In this document: in pieces, positions 35,100 through 47,610 of the stretch
Numbering within the stretch: position 1 is the first letter of the stretch
Layout: the number at the start of each line of letters is the position of its first letter
DNA from: Eutreptiella sp. 'Long Island Sound 2002'
Lineage: Eukaryota > Protista > Euglenida
Reading direction: 5' to 3'
DNA: 64,000 nucleotides
NCBI GenBank assembly: GCA_964036045.1
Contig: OZ038378.1
Location: 13,206,001-13,270,000, forward strand
Position numbers and translations under genes: made by a program
The notes under the pieces: generated by a model
Databases searched by the model: none
What the model was told of the DNA's origin: nothing
What the model saw: only the letters and a program-made list of their open reading frames with translations

Positions 35100-36260
35100 T
35101 GTGTGGGCAGTGGGGTTCCTTTAGTTCATTGCCGCATTGCAGTGGGCACTGGGTAGTGTGGATCCTTCATTACACTGCCTCACTACATGGGGGTGTGGGC
35201 AGTGGGGCGACTTCTTTACATTGCCGCAATGAATTGGGTAGTGGGTAGTGGGGCTCCTTCAGTATACTACCTCACTACATGGTAGGGGGCAGTGGGCAGT
35301 GGGGTACTTTTTGTTCACTGCCTCACCGCATGGAACAGTGAGTAGTGGGGATGCTGAAGTACACTTCGGCAATAGCTTGGCTGTGGACAATGGGGATCCT
35401 TTGTACATAGCCTCATTGCATGGGGCCGTGGGCGGTGGGTATCTTTTAGTACGGTCCCTCACTGCATTGGGCAATGGGGAGTGGCCTTCCTTCTATACAG
35501 CGCTTCACTTTAGTGGGCTACATTGCAATGGGCAGTGGGCATCCTGCAATACATTGCCTCAGAGCATGGGGCGGTGGGCAGTGGGGATGTTTCAGTACAC
35601 TGCCTCACTGCGTGGGGCGATGTGAAGTGGGAATCCTTCGGTACATAGCCTCACTCCAAACGGTAGTGGGCTGTGGGGATTGTGCAGTACGTTGCCTTAG
35701 TGCATGGGGTAGTGTGCACTGGGGCTCCTTCCGTACACTACCTATTGCATGGGGCAATGGGCAATGGGTCCTTCTATACAGTGCCTCTTTGCATGGGGCG
35801 CAGGGTAGTTGGGCTCCTTTTGTACACCACCTCATTGCATGCACTAGTGGATAGTGGGGGTCTTTCTCAACAGTGCCTCGCTGCAGTGGGCAGTGGGGAT
35901 CCTTCTGCACACTGCCATAGTGAAGGGGGCAATGGGCGGTTGGGTTCCTTCTATCCATTGACTGCATGGGGTAGAAGGCAGTGGGTAGTGGGGCTCCTTG
36001 GTGACAACGCCTCACTACATGGGGTAGTGGGCGGTGCAGATCCTTCCGTACACTACCTCGTTGAAGGGGGCAATGGGCAGTTGGATTCCTTGTGTCCACT
36101 GCTGCACTGCATGGGGCATGGGGCAGTGAGTGGTGGAGATTCTTTTGTACATTGCCTCAGTGCATGGGGCAGTGAGTAGTGGGGCTCCTCCTGTCCACTG
36201 CCTCACTGCATGGGCTAGTGGGCAGTGGGGATCCTTCTTTACACTGCCTCATGGTGTAGT
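35100..36260. repeat. Degenerate ~45-bp minisatellite (about 25 units), each unit self-complementary; shorter array at ~29790-30035
   Basis: Consensus ttcagtaCACTGCctCACTGCatgggGCAGTGgGCAGTGgggctcc. Confidence 0.88.
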
Positions 36261-37169
36261 GTAGTTTGCGGCGGTGCTCTAAAACCATACTCTACCTCCT
36301 AGCCTTCCATTTCCTTTCCATTGCCCGGCCCACACCTAGGGTCACCCTCAACTGTCTTTCCCTACCCCTAGCGCCCAACCTCAAAATTAGAATTGACATA
36401 CGGTTATGAGGCTGTGCTTTCTGCTACTTTTTGGCCACCACTACTGTGTCTGTTGTGTGGCCCTCTTTCTCCTTGATTCTGCCCTCATGACATGCTGTCA
36501 ACCCCTCCAATCTGTCTCTCCACACGCATACCCCGTGCTCCATCCCTGGGTTCTAGACTCGCCAATCAACCGCTTGCCATGCCCGGCCTGGCCCCCACCA
36601 TGGTTTCTTCCATGAGGGTGGAGCCGGGGCTTAGCACTTAAGCAAAATTTGACCGCCAACTTGCTTGAGACACACCACCTGGGAGATGCAAGTGGTTACA
36701 GTTCCCTTCATGCCCCAACACCCAAACACCGTGAGTACACAGCTGAAGGCCGTGCCCGGGCGCTATTGAGAGCTTCGCACCTTGCACCCAATCAGAGCGA
36801 TCCTCCTTCGGTTTCTGGCTCCACGTATGGTACTCGGGGTGTGGTGCGGTGCAGTGCAGTGTGGTGCTATGGGGTCTCATCTGGTGGGCAGTGCTGAGGG
36901 TGGCTCCATAGGAATGTGTGACCAAACACTGTAGACATTGGTTGAGAGCAACAAGGGAATGGAGTGTGGGGTTGCTAGCATGGAGAGATGAAGGGGTGCA
37001 AGGTTGTGAATCGATACAGGGATGCCAAATATAGGCAAGGTGAAAGATTCATAGCCACCCTGATTCCCCGAATCTAGTTCGGCCTGCAGCTGGAGCCACG
37101 TGCCCACCAAGGTGATGGGGTACCCCCAAAGTCCCCTAAGTGGGCACAAGCTCTGCACTAGCTTGTGGC

Positions 37170-39930
37170 GCTCATGATTACTTTGCTGGAAGTACGGCCA
37201 AAAGAAATGGCGTGGGCAGTACATCTACTGCTCAATAAGACGGCGGAGGATGCACTATGTAAGGGCACAAGACCAACGGAAGTGATGCCGGGGGAAATTA
37301 CAAGTCCAATCAAGGTGCTCAAAAAGAAAGTGGAGGGTAGGCATAGGAATGAGGCGCACCATACCGCCGCATAGGCCACACTATACCGCCCCACACCGCA
37401 CAAGACCACACTGCAAGAAACAGTGGAATGATTGTGCTGTGTGCGGTGTGATTTGGTTCGGTGCAGTGTGGTGCAGCTTACACAGGCACTCTGGCTCAAA
37501 GATCAGTCGCCCTGTGCTCATATTTTCATTGGGTCCGAGTCATGGGGAGCGCTCGTGCGTAGGGCCAAGCCCCCACCACCCCCACTGCTCCCAGCACACT
37601 GCAGACCCCTCAACCTGCGCCAAGGGGTATGAGCGGGTTTGTCAACAGCGCACATGTCACCACAATGCATGCGCATTCTGGGCATCGCCCTGAGATAGCA
37701 GGGGTTATGTAGCGGCGATTTCCACTCTTTTTGGGTGTGGCACCGATACGCCAGGGGATACGCAGTCACGATCCACACTCATTTGTACTGTGGCCTTATA
37801 CGGCACGGGTGATCCAGACAGTCTATGTTCACACACCTCTTCCAAAGGGCTGAGGTGCAGAGATGATGGTCCTGGCAACGTCGGGTCCTCTAGTGCACAA
37901 GCAGAGGTCCGTCACGGCGTTGCCCCTTCCATACATGCCTCATGCGTGACGCAGCTTTGCCCCCATGCCGCAGGTGTACTACAATTGGACCGTGGGCCCT
38001 GTGGCCGCCCATGAGTTTGCCATCCCCAAGTCCTGCATTAGTATCAACTGCACGGCCGGTTACGCCGATGTTACATCGGTGGCGGCGCTGCCATCCGCTC
38101 GCGACATGCAGCTCAGTCCGGCAGCGCCCTCTGCGGACGTGGCACGTGCGCAGCAGCCCTTGCCCCGTGCCCACTTCACCGGCCATGATTTCGCGACCAT
38201 GAGCCACGTGCTGAATGCGTATTTGCGCCGCATTGATGGTCTGCGAGTGCGCCCTTGCGATCATTTCACGCTTGCAGAGCTGCAGAGCGAGGCCCTCAAG
38301 GTGATGCCCCGAGTCTCAGCCCTCCCCAACCGCTGCAATGGCACTGAATCGACGGCAGTTGGCGGTTGACCAGCGGCGGTACGTGGTTAACCGCTGGAAG
38401 TTGGTGGTTACCGATGGCGGTCTACTGACACCTTGAAATTAGTGTGTGATGGAGCACAGCATTTTTCGTCTTGAAGCCCCCCCCCCCCCCCCTCTCCCCC
38501 CTCGGCCATATCTCATCCCGCCGCGTGTTGCCGTATGCACATGACAGCAGCATAGCTGTCATTGAGATTGCGACGGCAGTGGGCATGCACCCCCTTTTCT
38601 TTTGTGTGTCTTATGTTGGTTTGGACGAGGGAACGCCGAATGGTTGCTGGGCATGTTTTAAACCCCCGCCCGGGGCTGTGTGCTTTGACCACTCAGGGGT
38701 CATCAAGCCACATGGGGGGTAAGGAATTCCTTGCCCCCTTGCGGCACGCTGTGCTGTGCGCCAGGAATGGCTCCGGCAATAGTCATAGGACCCGTGCCTC
38801 AATCATAGGACCCGCAAGGCTGCTCCTGCCAAGGACGCTGAGGACTGTGCCTGGGCACACGGGTCCTCGGGAAGAACCTCAGTGGAACAAAGCGGAGTTC
38901 TTGGTCACCAGCGTGTCCCCTCCCGCCTCACCCCTGCAGACGTATCAGCCTGAACAGGCACAACGCGTCTACACCTAAAGTGCCCCAGTGCCCATGAACT
39001 AAAACCCGTCGGTGTGCTGTGCCCTGTGGCATCCCTTTGAAAGAGAACACCATCCTTGTTGAAAGACGCCATGCAGTTCCTCAGTATGAGAAGGGTTGCG
39101 GTGGGTTCACACATCCCACAGTGCTTTTCTTTGTGCTGCAATGCAGGCGGCTTGCATTGTCACACGGGTGGTGGCATGCATTCATTTTCATCGATATAGC
39201 CCCTGTGCATCTCCTGGGAGCAGGAATGGCAGAGCAATTTCTGGGTAAGCCTGTTCAAGATGGTGCGATGGGCGATGGGCACACGCAGGGCAAAATTCCC
39301 TCAAAACGGTGATGGCCGGCCTCTTACAGGCACGTGTCTCGTGGTCATCACCGTCGCTACGGCGGCAGTGGTGCCCCTTGACATGCCTCATGCACCGGCA
39401 GGCCAGAGCTTCAGAGTGTTGTGGGGCGTGTTGTGTCTGGTTGAGTGCTGTGGTGCATGTGTTGTGGCGCACGTTGTCCCGGATGCGCTTGTCTATGCCC
39501 CGTGTCTTTCATCGATGATCTGGTGGGTTACCTGCCGTCCTGGTCCCCATGTACCCAATGCAGGTGTTCCAGTACCTACTCCCTCAGTTCCAGGCGCTGT
39601 ACATGGCCCAAAAAGATCGGAGGCAGCTGCTGGTCACTGATACGCAAGTCTTGAGCAGCCTTTGGGCCCAGCAGCGTCGGATTGCTGCGGTCCTGCCACG
39701 GATGTCCAACATTTCCCGTGACGGGCTGTGCCATGAGGTTGTGCTGTGGTACGCCCATCATGTGGCTGATGCAGACAAGCCCCGCCTGCACCAGCAGGCA
39801 GTGCTGCCACTGCTGCCAGACGTCCGGCATGCCGAGGATGCCCCCATTTCAGAGGACAGGGACGTGGCAGCGGTACACCAGCATTACAATAAGCAAATCG
39901 CCTGCAGTGCATGCCACGTGAAGTGATGCC
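37170..39930 (+). mobile_element. Highly decayed LINE with RT and an RNase H-like domain
   Basis: LLNK..KGTRP, IRQG, AGYADV (RT-like); GQS, HVVPDA, VLWYAHH (RNase H-like). Many frameshifts. Confidence 0.5.
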
Positions 39931-42900
39931 CAGGGGGATTTACGAGGTGGGGGCCGGATATGCCGTTGTGCCGTGTCCCCAAACGGGCGGCCACCTTCTC
40001 AGCCCTCCCCGTTGCTCGGCGCAGGCCGTGCTGATTGTTCACGATGTGGTTTGCTCACATTGATGAACGGCGGGTGAGGGGCTGTTGAGGGGTCTTGTCC
40101 ATTGTACAGTATTATATACTCCCGGCCTTGCCTGTACCTGTACACTGGCACCAGCTCGCCTTCACGGACCCGTCGTCCGTTGTACAATATTATGTAACGT
40201 GACGCAGCAGAGATAAGGTGCGCTGGTGTGGACACCTGTCTGGGAATGAGTCTACATCGTCATCATGCAGCAGGAACCTGCTGAGTGTCGTATGCCCAGC
40301 CCTTTGGGGTGCAGGTGCCGGTGATGGTAAGAACAGCACGTGGACAGCCCGGGCCACCACCCAGCCACCCCATACACATACACGGACAAGACCCACACAT
40401 ACACACACGGACACGCACCGTTTTTACGGATCTAAGGACGATCCTTGAGGAAAGCCCTCCGGGCCTTCGTCAGAGGTTACCGGCGCTTGCGGTGACTGGC
40501 CAAAATTGGCCGGTCAATCACTGATTGCTGTCTCAGAACCACCAATTGCTGTCACCTAACGCCGATTACTGAATTACTGTCGGTGACTGGCCCGGCGCTG
40601 TTGGTCGACTGTCGCGCTGTTCGTTGACTGTCGTCCCGTGCGTCTTTTCTGGTCGCGAAGCGTGGGCGGTCCAATTTTTTTTGCGTTTCAGACAGTCGTG
40701 GTGGTGGCTGGTGATTCCTCAACTGGTTGCTGTCGGAATCGTGCATGCTAAGAGCAAGCTGTCCTGGGACTAATTCTTCCAAACAGAACGTTACGCTGCA
40801 CGCCTGAGAACGCTGCTTTGACGCAACTATTCTGTGCAAGACCTCGGGGGTCCCTGGTCGCTGGTGGTCTCTGGTTGTGCAAAACGTTTTGGCTTCTGCC
40901 ACCTGGTGACGCTTCTTGCTCTGCAAGTTGCCTGTCGCGCATGTATGCCCGTTCGTCATCTGCTGTTGGCGAAAGTGGGTAAAAGCCCCATATCATTGCG
41001 GAAATCTGGCATGCGTTGCTTCATCAGGATCAAGTGATAGTGCAAGGCACTCCGCCAAAGACAACGAGAAACATTTCACGACAGTTGCTGCCGTTGCTTC
41101 CAACAGCAATTAGCACCAACTGGAAAGATCTTTTAGCATTTTTGGCCACATGTTCAACGTCAAAGCCGTGCACACTGCTACACACTCCCTTTAATCCACC
41201 AGCAATGTCATTGTTTACAATTACATCTTGGATCACAACAAAGGGGTGCCACAGATCCACACAGTATCCACAGGGGAATTGGGGAACATTGCAAGAAGAG
41301 GTGGTGGCCCAGTCCTGTGACGCCACTCCAGTTTGCCAACTCTCAACTGACGACTTGGTTACTCACATGCTGCTGCTGTCCTGCGTTTTACCATCATTGG
41401 TGGTTGCTGTTGCTTCAAGCAGTGGAATGAAGGAGACTGTAAAGTCAGCACAACAAGATACCTTTGCTGGAACGGCATCCCATCCAGTTACGGAGCTCAA
41501 TGCACTCCACGTGATTGACACCACCGTCAGTATCACACAGACAACCACCTAGCGAATTTCGTCAAAATGTTTTGACCCACCAGTGGGGGAAAGTGGGGGC
41601 GTTTTTGGGCCCAATGGGCACCCCATCAGTCTGATGTGCCCTCCCCACGGATTCTTAATGACGAAAAGCATCTGCAAGTGCAAAGACAGACAACAAAACG
41701 TAACAACAGATCCAAAAGCCTGAGCACCTAGTGTCAGGCCTCAGTTATGGGAGACAGGGACATGTTTTGATAAGAGCTGCCCACCCAACATCAGACCCTC
41801 CCCCCCAAAAAGAAACTGGACAACCCCGAGACCCCTCCCCCCGCCCGTGTACAATTCTGTGTGGCACCTTTGTAAATTGTCAGGTGCTCTATACAAAGCA
41901 GGCCCCAAAGGTTTTCCTTTGTCCCTTCCGGTGCCCTTACCTGGCTTTGCATCACCCAAAAAATGGGCTCAATGAATTATAAAACAAAAGTACCTTGCGG
42001 GCACAGTGCGCATGGTGTGTTCGGCCCCCCATGAAATTATTTAATCCGAGGCTAAGTGGTCCAAATTGATGATTCCGGAACAACCCAGGTGCTTGCACTT
42101 TCATGCAGAAGAAAAAGACAGCGGGACCCCTTCAAAAGAGACCCAATTGACCAGAGACCAAGTCCCGCGGAACGTTCCAAAGGCAGCGTCCCGTAGTTTT
42201 GGAAAAGCCATGAGCCTTGTGTCTGGTAATTTCCCCGAGTATTGTTGGCCCAAAAATTTTCGTGGTCATTGAGGCCCAGGATACTAATGCACAGGACATG
42301 GCTGAAAAATTGAGAGCAGGGAGAGCAAGTGCGCTCCAACTCCCCCTCTCCAAGCACATCAGAGGAGTCTTGTCAGAAAGGCCTTGTGCGATGCTTGGCG
42401 CGTTGCACGAGGCATTGGGGCACAACATGCTGGGAGTGTAAAATGCATCGGGGTGTGTTTTACAAGGCGCCGGGACGCATAATATGACCCCAACGCGTCC
42501 TACGTCACGCAATATGCAGGCGCCTCAATATGCTGGCAGATAGATGGAGAAGTCCATGGTATATGAATATAAACAACAGTTGGGGAACTACATGGGTTTC
42601 TTTGCCCTTGTGGTGGGTCAGAAGCACCACCTAGATACCCTTGCCCGGAGCCTTGCCATGACTTCCACCACAAATATCTTCAGATTTTGGGTAGGGGGAG
42701 TGGCATGCACCGTGCGCGCACGGTGCATCTTGATTGTTTAGATTATTTGCCTGTCCCCATTGTTTTGCTTGGTTGTTGCCCCCTGAGCTGCTGTGCTGCT
42801 GGGGTGGTACCCCTTTTCACCGTAAATACCTTGAGGGTTGCATTGTACATGCTATCCCTTGGTCTATAGCTCGCCAACATGATGTCATTGTCATGGTTCA

Positions 42901-42971
42901 AGCTAGTACCCGTGTCTTCTATCGCCACATCTCTGCAAATGAGTGGGTTCCTACCCCCCCCCCCCTTGTGT

Positions 42972-43505
42972 AAGCTACGCCCTTGTCCAAGCTACAGTAG
43001 GCATAGGGACCGTATTAATTTGGTACCTAATTTTAATTCGGTACCAAATGTAGTGCAGCCACGAGGTGTGTGGGGAATGGCCCATGTCTTTGATGGGAAG
43101 TTGTATTGTACAAGAGACCACATGCAAGGCAATTTCATTTCCAAGAACCTGAAGTTGCCTCAGCCCAAACCAGCCCCTAAACCTCGGGCAGACATCTTCA
43201 AAGGCATCTTCAAGTGGTGAGCATGTGCAGTTGTTCCGCATGGTGTTTGATCGCAAGAAGGGTTTCCAAGCCGAACATTTGTAGGCTTCTCATGCTTCAT
43301 TGCTTGTGAAAACATGGGCGTCAACCTAAATTTTCCTGTTTCAAACACTTTCTTGTGTTTGCATGCCTTTGGGTACATGGGTGGAGATTGAGGTACACTC
43401 ATACTGTGCACTCACTTACGTGTGTGTCGGTGGTTGTATGTGTCGCGCGCAAGCTACGCCCGTGTCCAAGCTACAGTAGGCGTAGGGACCGTATTAATTT
43501 GGTAC
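42972..43505. repeat. 55-bp direct repeat pair (42972-43026 and 43451-43505)
   Basis: aagctacgccc.tgtccaagctacagtaggc.tagggaccgtattaatttggtac, 2 mismatches. Confidence 0.85.
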
Positions 43506-43559
43506 TTTGGCATAGCTTATACAAGGGATGGGGGTACTATTGTTCCCACCCCCTTGCAT

Positions 43560-43800
43560 CACCTTGGTGATTACCTACGCATGCAACATGAGGTGAATGG
43601 GAAGGCGGTGATCCATGATGTTGCTACATTCCACCACCTTGCGTTTGGCATTTGGAGCCCATCCCAGCACCCTCAACCTCTTCTACACTTGAACCTCATA
43701 AGCAATATGCCTGAATGGATTGCCGGTCACTGTCCCCCCAATTAAAACGTGATGGACAACATGCTTCTATGGCACTACTTGTGTTGTCTATGCTCCAGAT
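43560..43800 (+). pseudogene. Possible IS630/Tc1/mariner transposase remnant
   Basis: IHDVATFH (QDNA..H-like) and WIAGHCPPN*NVMDN..W (WP..SPDLNP.D..W-like). Confidence 0.35.
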
Positions 43801-45977
43801 ACTTTGCCGGGTTTCATATTCTGCAAGGCTTTGACCGTGGAATGTCAGTTCAGAATGTCACAACCTGATGAGATGCCCATTTGCCGGCTGTTTTCTTGGT
43901 GCCCATGTTGCTAACCGGGGGGGCTTCCTGTGAGCATACGTTTGGAGGGTAAAAGTTGTGTGATTGCCCAAAGGGGTGTGCGCCGTGCATGCACCGTGCA
44001 CCCGTCACCCCGAGAACCAAAGCAATAGTGGGCATGCTTGCACTTGATGCAAGCTATACAAGTGTGAACAAGACTGTTTAGAAGCATCATCGTACATTAG
44101 CATCAGAGTGTGTCCACGTCATAGTTTCAATGGATCTGCATGCCTCGTTTCACGAGGCGGGGGGGGGGGGGGGTTGGCACTAACGAGGTGCACGGGGAGG
44201 TTGGTGCACGGGGAGGTTGCTGCTAGGGAGGCGTGCAAAGGGGGGTCTGGCACACGGGCATGGCGATCTGTGGTCTTTAGACGCCGTCTGCCCTCAGCAG
44301 ACACGGTCTGCTAATTGTAGTCACTGTTGGCATCTTGTAGACGCGTGTGAAAATATTTGGGAAGGGGGTGAAAGGCCCAGTTTCACCAAAAACACTTTGC
44401 TGACATTGTTTACTTTTACATGGTCCACTTTCACCAAAAAGGGTTCGCCAATGTTGTTTACTTGTGCACATGGGCATGGTGGTGTGTAGTCCGTAGGCGT
44501 AGTTTGCCACAAGTAGACGCGGTTTGCTAATTGTAGACACTGTTTGGGGGCACTTGACACAGTGCGTGTGTAGTGCGGAGATTTAACTGCTTGGCCTGAC
44601 CCAACAGTTGTAGATCATCGTGTGGTTAGGCTAGAAAAGCTATAGCATTCTTATGCCGTTTGGACAAGGGTAGGCAAAATCAACAATTCAGCAAGGAGAC
44701 CCTAGCTAGGGTGGCAGTCGCTCCCAAGGGGCCATCTTATGCATTTTCACCTCAGCAGGTGCCGGATAGGGCAAAACGATGGGATGTTTACACAAGTCTT
44801 GTACCCAAGGGTTTGCTCTCCTTAGGACATATTTGTATGCAGTAGACATGGTGGCTGCCTGACAAAAATAGGCAGAAAGTAACATAGGCATCGGCCCAAA
44901 CGGACGAAAATCTCGAACATGTCGTCAGTACAGCATGCAGACCCGGGTGTTCCGAATAGCCCTTTTCAAGAGCTTCCTGAATATACCCCACATACCCCCA
45001 CCTCCGGAACACTCAGCAGGCACAAATGAGGGAACAGTGGCACCAACCCCCGAAAACCTACCGAGTTGGCGCAATTCTGAACGATCCCGAGAGATATGAC
45101 AAATAGTACCAACCACCACCATTACCGCCACTGCCCAACACCACTGCCATGACCACCACTACGCATCCCTGTTCAACTGCCCACACGGATTGAAGCAGTT
45201 TGTGAACTTGGGCGAGTGTTTCGCTGGATTTGCGCGCCTTGTTTCACCAGGGGCAAATCAGGCCGGGCACAATGCTCCTATGCACCTTCCTTGCTCACTT
45301 CGCTTGCTTCAGAGACATGCGTTGTGCACGGGAAAATGACGTAAGCAGATTTTTTTGGGGGAAGGGGGCCAAATATTGTCATTTGGGGTCTACAACATGC
45401 CAACAGGGGAAGTATCTGCGCCGGGCACTACTTTTACGGCAGGTTTCCCTGGAATTGGTCGGCTTTTACCCCCTCACAAAATGCCCTCCAATTCACAAGC
45501 AGGGGGATGTGTGCCCCAATGGGGTCCCTGTGTGGAAAGGGGCAATAATGACGACGATTCAGATTCAGAATAATCAGTGGTCCCTGGAGCATTGCCCTGT
45601 CTTGCGCATCGTCCACTTTGCAGCTCCATTTGCTCAAAAATGTGATCATCTACCCCCCAACCCATACATTTCTGAAACGGCCTTTTCTCACAGATTTCTC
45701 ACAAAAAGTACACACATACCCCCCGCCCCCCCCCAACGGGACCACATTTTGGCGCATCCGACCAAAAGTTAAAACCCATAAAACCCAGGAAAAGTGCCAA
45801 AACCCACGGTGTTGGCGCACTATGAATGATCCCGAGAGATATGCTCATTGCATCCGTCAGTTGCATGTTGTGCATGCAAATTTCCTCTTTTATTGCATAC
45901 ATTTTGCTTCCAAAGGGTTTACCTGTTGCACCATGCATCCGTGACTGTGGCCTCTGCAAGCACGTTCCTATCATGGG

Positions 45978-47555
45978 ATGGCTTGTAGTGCTTGGTTCAC
46001 ACACCTTCTCACATTCCTTTTGGGGGTAACTGCCGCGTTGTTGTTTACTTCGTGGACTCAGAAGCACAACAGTCCCGGCTTCATATCAGGTGCCATACCC
46101 TCCAATAACCTCCTGTTACCTTTTGTTCTCTTCCTGTTAAGGCCTCCCCCGGACCTGGCAGATGCAATGTTTTACTTCATTACACTGTGTCTGAGCAATG
46201 CCAAGTGTTGGCACTGGCCTTTTTCCGGCTTTTGGGACTTCGACGGGATCAACTCAAGATTTCAATAGAATCAAGGATGTTTTCAGTGCAGGATTGCCCT
46301 TGGTGCACTGAGGAATCTGTGCCCAGCACCAGGGCCCGGTGGCCTGGAATGGGTGGAAAGCTTGCACTGCTCAGAGCAAGGAGAGGGCGAGAAGCAAAAT
46401 TTTACCGCGAAGGGCACAGCAGCTGCGCACTAGCTTGTCATATGGGTTCTTAGAAAGAGCCTAGTGACCGGGGCAATGGGGGCAGGGGGGCTTCAAGCCC
46501 CTTTTGTGGACCACCCACCTTGCCCTCACAAGCCCCGCCCCCCCCGCTCTCAATTTTGAGCGGTAGTTGGGGCATAGGTTGCAGTGGAACCGGTTCCACC
46601 CCCCTCCCCCCTTCTGGAAGTTTACCAGCATGTGTTGCGAAACATCAACCGTTTGGGGCTGGAGGGGTGCGGTAGGAGGCCCGAGAAAGAGCCTGACTTC
46701 GAGCCCTGCTGAAAGGGGTGCGCAGGCCAGCATCAACAACACAACCACCACCGCCACCAACAAGAAGATCACCAGCAGCAGCAGTATACCACCACCACCA
46801 CCACCACCACCAACACTAGTAGCTGTTGTTGTTGTAGTAGTTGTCACGGTTGTTGTTGCTGCTGCTGCTGCTGCTGTTGCTGTTTTATTGTTGTTGCAGC
46901 TGCCGTTGCAGCTGCTGTTGCTGTCGCTGTTGCTGTTCATTGTGGCAACAACAACAGCGACAAGGCTGGGCCTAACAGTAAGAGCAACGGTGACAACAAA
47001 AGCAGTAGCAGCAGCAGCAGCAGTGAAACCACCACCACCAAAACCACCACAACCACCACCTTTACACCATGCGTAAGATTCCCTGCACTCTGTTCGGGTT
47101 TGGTTGCCAAGCATTGTGGGCATCACCGCACCAAGCGTCGTAGGGCACAGAATTTCTGCTTTAGTTAACCTCTGCGACTCTCTGCCCCCTATTCCCATCC
47201 CGTGAAGAGCCCTCGCCCCTCCGCCACAGTGGCCACGGAGTACAATGCAAGTGGGGTTCGCCTATCAGGCGATGCTCCTCTGCCTGACCGACACGTGCAG
47301 GCGCATCGCCCAGTGCCAATGACTCCACCCAGACCCACTCGCCACCTCAGTGACCTGACTGATCCCATGGTGCCCATCAGTGCATATGATGACAAAGGCT
47401 TCTTGCTGCCTCCCAGTGCGCTGTCAGACTTCTTCTTGGACATTCCCCACCGCTTCGTGTTTGTGACAGGTGTGATTGGGGCAGCGCTCTTGCTGGGTCG
47501 TGTGGGCTGTGGAACCGCTGCTACTCCTCCAGTATGCTGTCAGTGGGGGTGGCGG

Positions 47556-47610
<55 letters not shown>

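Noticed and set aside
35100-36260. CRISPR-like array of palindromic repeats
   Set aside because: There are no unique spacers, the units are contiguous and degenerate, no cas genes are present, and the context is eukaryotic.
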